Made by a program: the position numbers and the translations under genes. Positions 25,670-27,001 of a stretch of 27,001 nucleotides of DNA are shown here, piece by piece. The first letter of the stretch is position 1; each line of letters opens with the position of its first letter. Origin of the DNA: a virus (taxonomy: Duplodnaviria > Caudoviricetes); IMG/VR virus record IMGVR_UViG_3300037846_000038, positions 1-27,001 of that record. One strand, written 5' to 3'. The notes beneath the pieces were generated by a model that was not told the DNA's origin, searched no databases, and was given only the letters and a program-made list of their open reading frames with translations.

Positions 25670-25955
25670 GCATACTCCCGAGTGGACGTACGAGGTCCAC
25701 CAGTTGTCCGAGGGATATTCGGGCATCGTCTATGACGAGCACGGCCAGATGGTTGCGGATCATCTGAGCGAGGAACGTGCCCGCCTGATCGCCGCGTCGA
25801 ACGATATGCTGGCAGCGCTGGAGGCCGAGCTAGCCGACCTAGAGCAAGATATCCGATGGGCCGAAAGCAGCAGTGATCTTGCCCGCCTAATTGAGCGCCG
25901 CGAACGCCTTGAAGCGGTGATCACCAAAGCCACCAATGGAGTCATCCATGGTTGA
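25662..25955 (+). CDS. Hypothetical phage protein (HTP.W...ARLIAA type)
   Basis: GTG at 25662; KHTPEW...ARLIAASNDMLAALE...AVITKA. Confidence 0.75.
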   Translation: MDKHTPEWTYEVHQLSEGYSGIVYDEHGQMVADHLSEERARLIAASNDMLAALEAELADLEQDIRWAESSSDLARLIERRERLEAVITKATNGVIHG

Positions 25956-26439
25956 GAAGCAGATGCCTGACGTTCGGACCTGTGCTTCCTGCCAGCATAT
26001 CGGTGGAGCATATTGGGGCGATAGTTGGAGGCGTATCCACTACTGCGCGAAATCGCAGGAGCGGCGCCGTGATGCGTTCCGCCCGAGCGGCGACTTCGCC
26101 GATGATTTTATGAGAGAGTTTCGCACGTTCTACGATGCGACCGCCGGCCAGAAGGCCTGCCAGTTCTACGAGGAGCGCGAGCCGATATCAGGTGACGCGC
26201 TGGCGCTGCTGACCACTATTGCGGAATGCGGTCGGGAAGGCGCTGTCTTCAAGTTCTTCTCTCCTGAGAACTCGGCTGCGTACAAGATGAGCGGCAAGTT
26301 CATCGAAGGCGGTGAACATGCTTACCCGCAAGAGCCGGCACGTGGCGAACGACGATATCGCATCACGGACGTAGGCAAAGCTGAACTAGCCCGAACCCAA
26401 TCTCTCCCCAACACCCACGAGTCTGGAGGGAGGGAATAA
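25948..26439 (+). CDS. Cys-containing hypothetical protein with wHTH-like tail
   Basis: CASC.H...YC...AC.FY; C-terminal RYRITDVGK..L. Confidence 0.7.
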   Translation: MVEKQMPDVRTCASCQHIGGAYWGDSWRRIHYCAKSQERRRDAFRPSGDFADDFMREFRTFYDATAGQKACQFYEEREPISGDALALLTTIAECGREGAVFKFFSPENSAAYKMSGKFIEGGEHAYPQEPARGERRYRITDVGKAELARTQSLPNTHESGGRE

Positions 26440-26948
26440 TGCCGAACCACGTCATCAACGAACTCATCTTCCGCAATGTCGATGCAGCGCAGCAGGAGGC
26501 CATCTGTGCAGCCACCTGCGATGCAGAAGGGAAGGTGGATTTCGGCGTTCTGGTGCCGGAGCCGCTCAACATGTGGATGGGCAATACCGGCGCCAAACAT
26601 GAAAAGGCGTTCGGCAGGACCGGGCTCAACTGGAACCGCGAGAACTGGGGCACCAAGTGGAACGCCTATTCTCATAAGCCGACTGAGCGGACGGCTGACA
26701 CGCTGACATTACGGTTCGAGACGGCTTGGGCACCACCTTATCCGTGGCTGGCAGCGGTCCTGAATAAGCTCTCGTTGCCGTTCGAGCACAACTGGCTCGA
26801 CGAGGGCGCGACACGCGGAAAGTCCGGCACCTTCTCGATCAGAGAGAAGTGGGGACCGGAGTGGCAGGAGGATGAGGCCTCCGATGAGATGCACCGCCAT
26901 CTGCACAAGCTGCATTGGGGCGTCGAGCAATTCGAGGATGAAGCATGA
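26439..26948 (+). CDS. DUF1281/YubB-like ferredoxin-fold protein
   Basis: MPNHV.N, W.RENWGTKWNA, F(E)TAW.PP motifs; GGAGG RBS. Confidence 0.8.
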   Translation: MPNHVINELIFRNVDAAQQEAICAATCDAEGKVDFGVLVPEPLNMWMGNTGAKHEKAFGRTGLNWNRENWGTKWNAYSHKPTERTADTLTLRFETAWAPPYPWLAAVLNKLSLPFEHNWLDEGATRGKSGTFSIREKWGPEWQEDEASDEMHRHLHKLHWGVEQFEDEA

Positions 26949-27001
26949 CCCCCAAAGCCATCGCACCTGGTTCCCTCTTGGATTTGGCTGAGAGGGTGGA
27001 G

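Overview
Fragment of a tailed dsDNA phage or prophage, most likely infecting an alphaproteobacterium (GcrA-like gene; small-gene motifs reminiscent of sphingomonad phages). There are two divergent arms, switching at a short HTH repressor with three related operators (~20900-21270). The leftward arm (- strand) runs from a T5orf172/GIY-YIG gene and GcrA-like gene through DUF1064, a minimal nucleotidyltransferase, a replication module (short wHTH initiator with iteron-like repeats, HNH, SF2 helicase), accessory genes (orphan HigA), TerS, a 3.6-kb insert, TerL, portal, an xxGG-repeat protein, a GIY-YIG homing endonuclease and a truncated GroES-like gene. The rightward arm (+ strand) carries small genes, an ERF annealing protein, DUF968-like and HNH-type nucleases, NinB and a second self-promoted small-gene operon. 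Most notable: (1) two paralogous ~60-aa proteins with a bZIP-like basic region, each in an operon headed by a TTGACA promoter containing an ACGT-core palindrome (one is the perfect TGTGTTACGTAACACA); (2) a pure two-letter (Ala-Tyr/Ala-Asp)x30 hexamer array; (3) a probable counter-transcribed structured RNA upstream of the replication gene. No integrase, capsid, tRNA or CRISPR array was seen. Family calls come from motif recognition by eye, not database searches.
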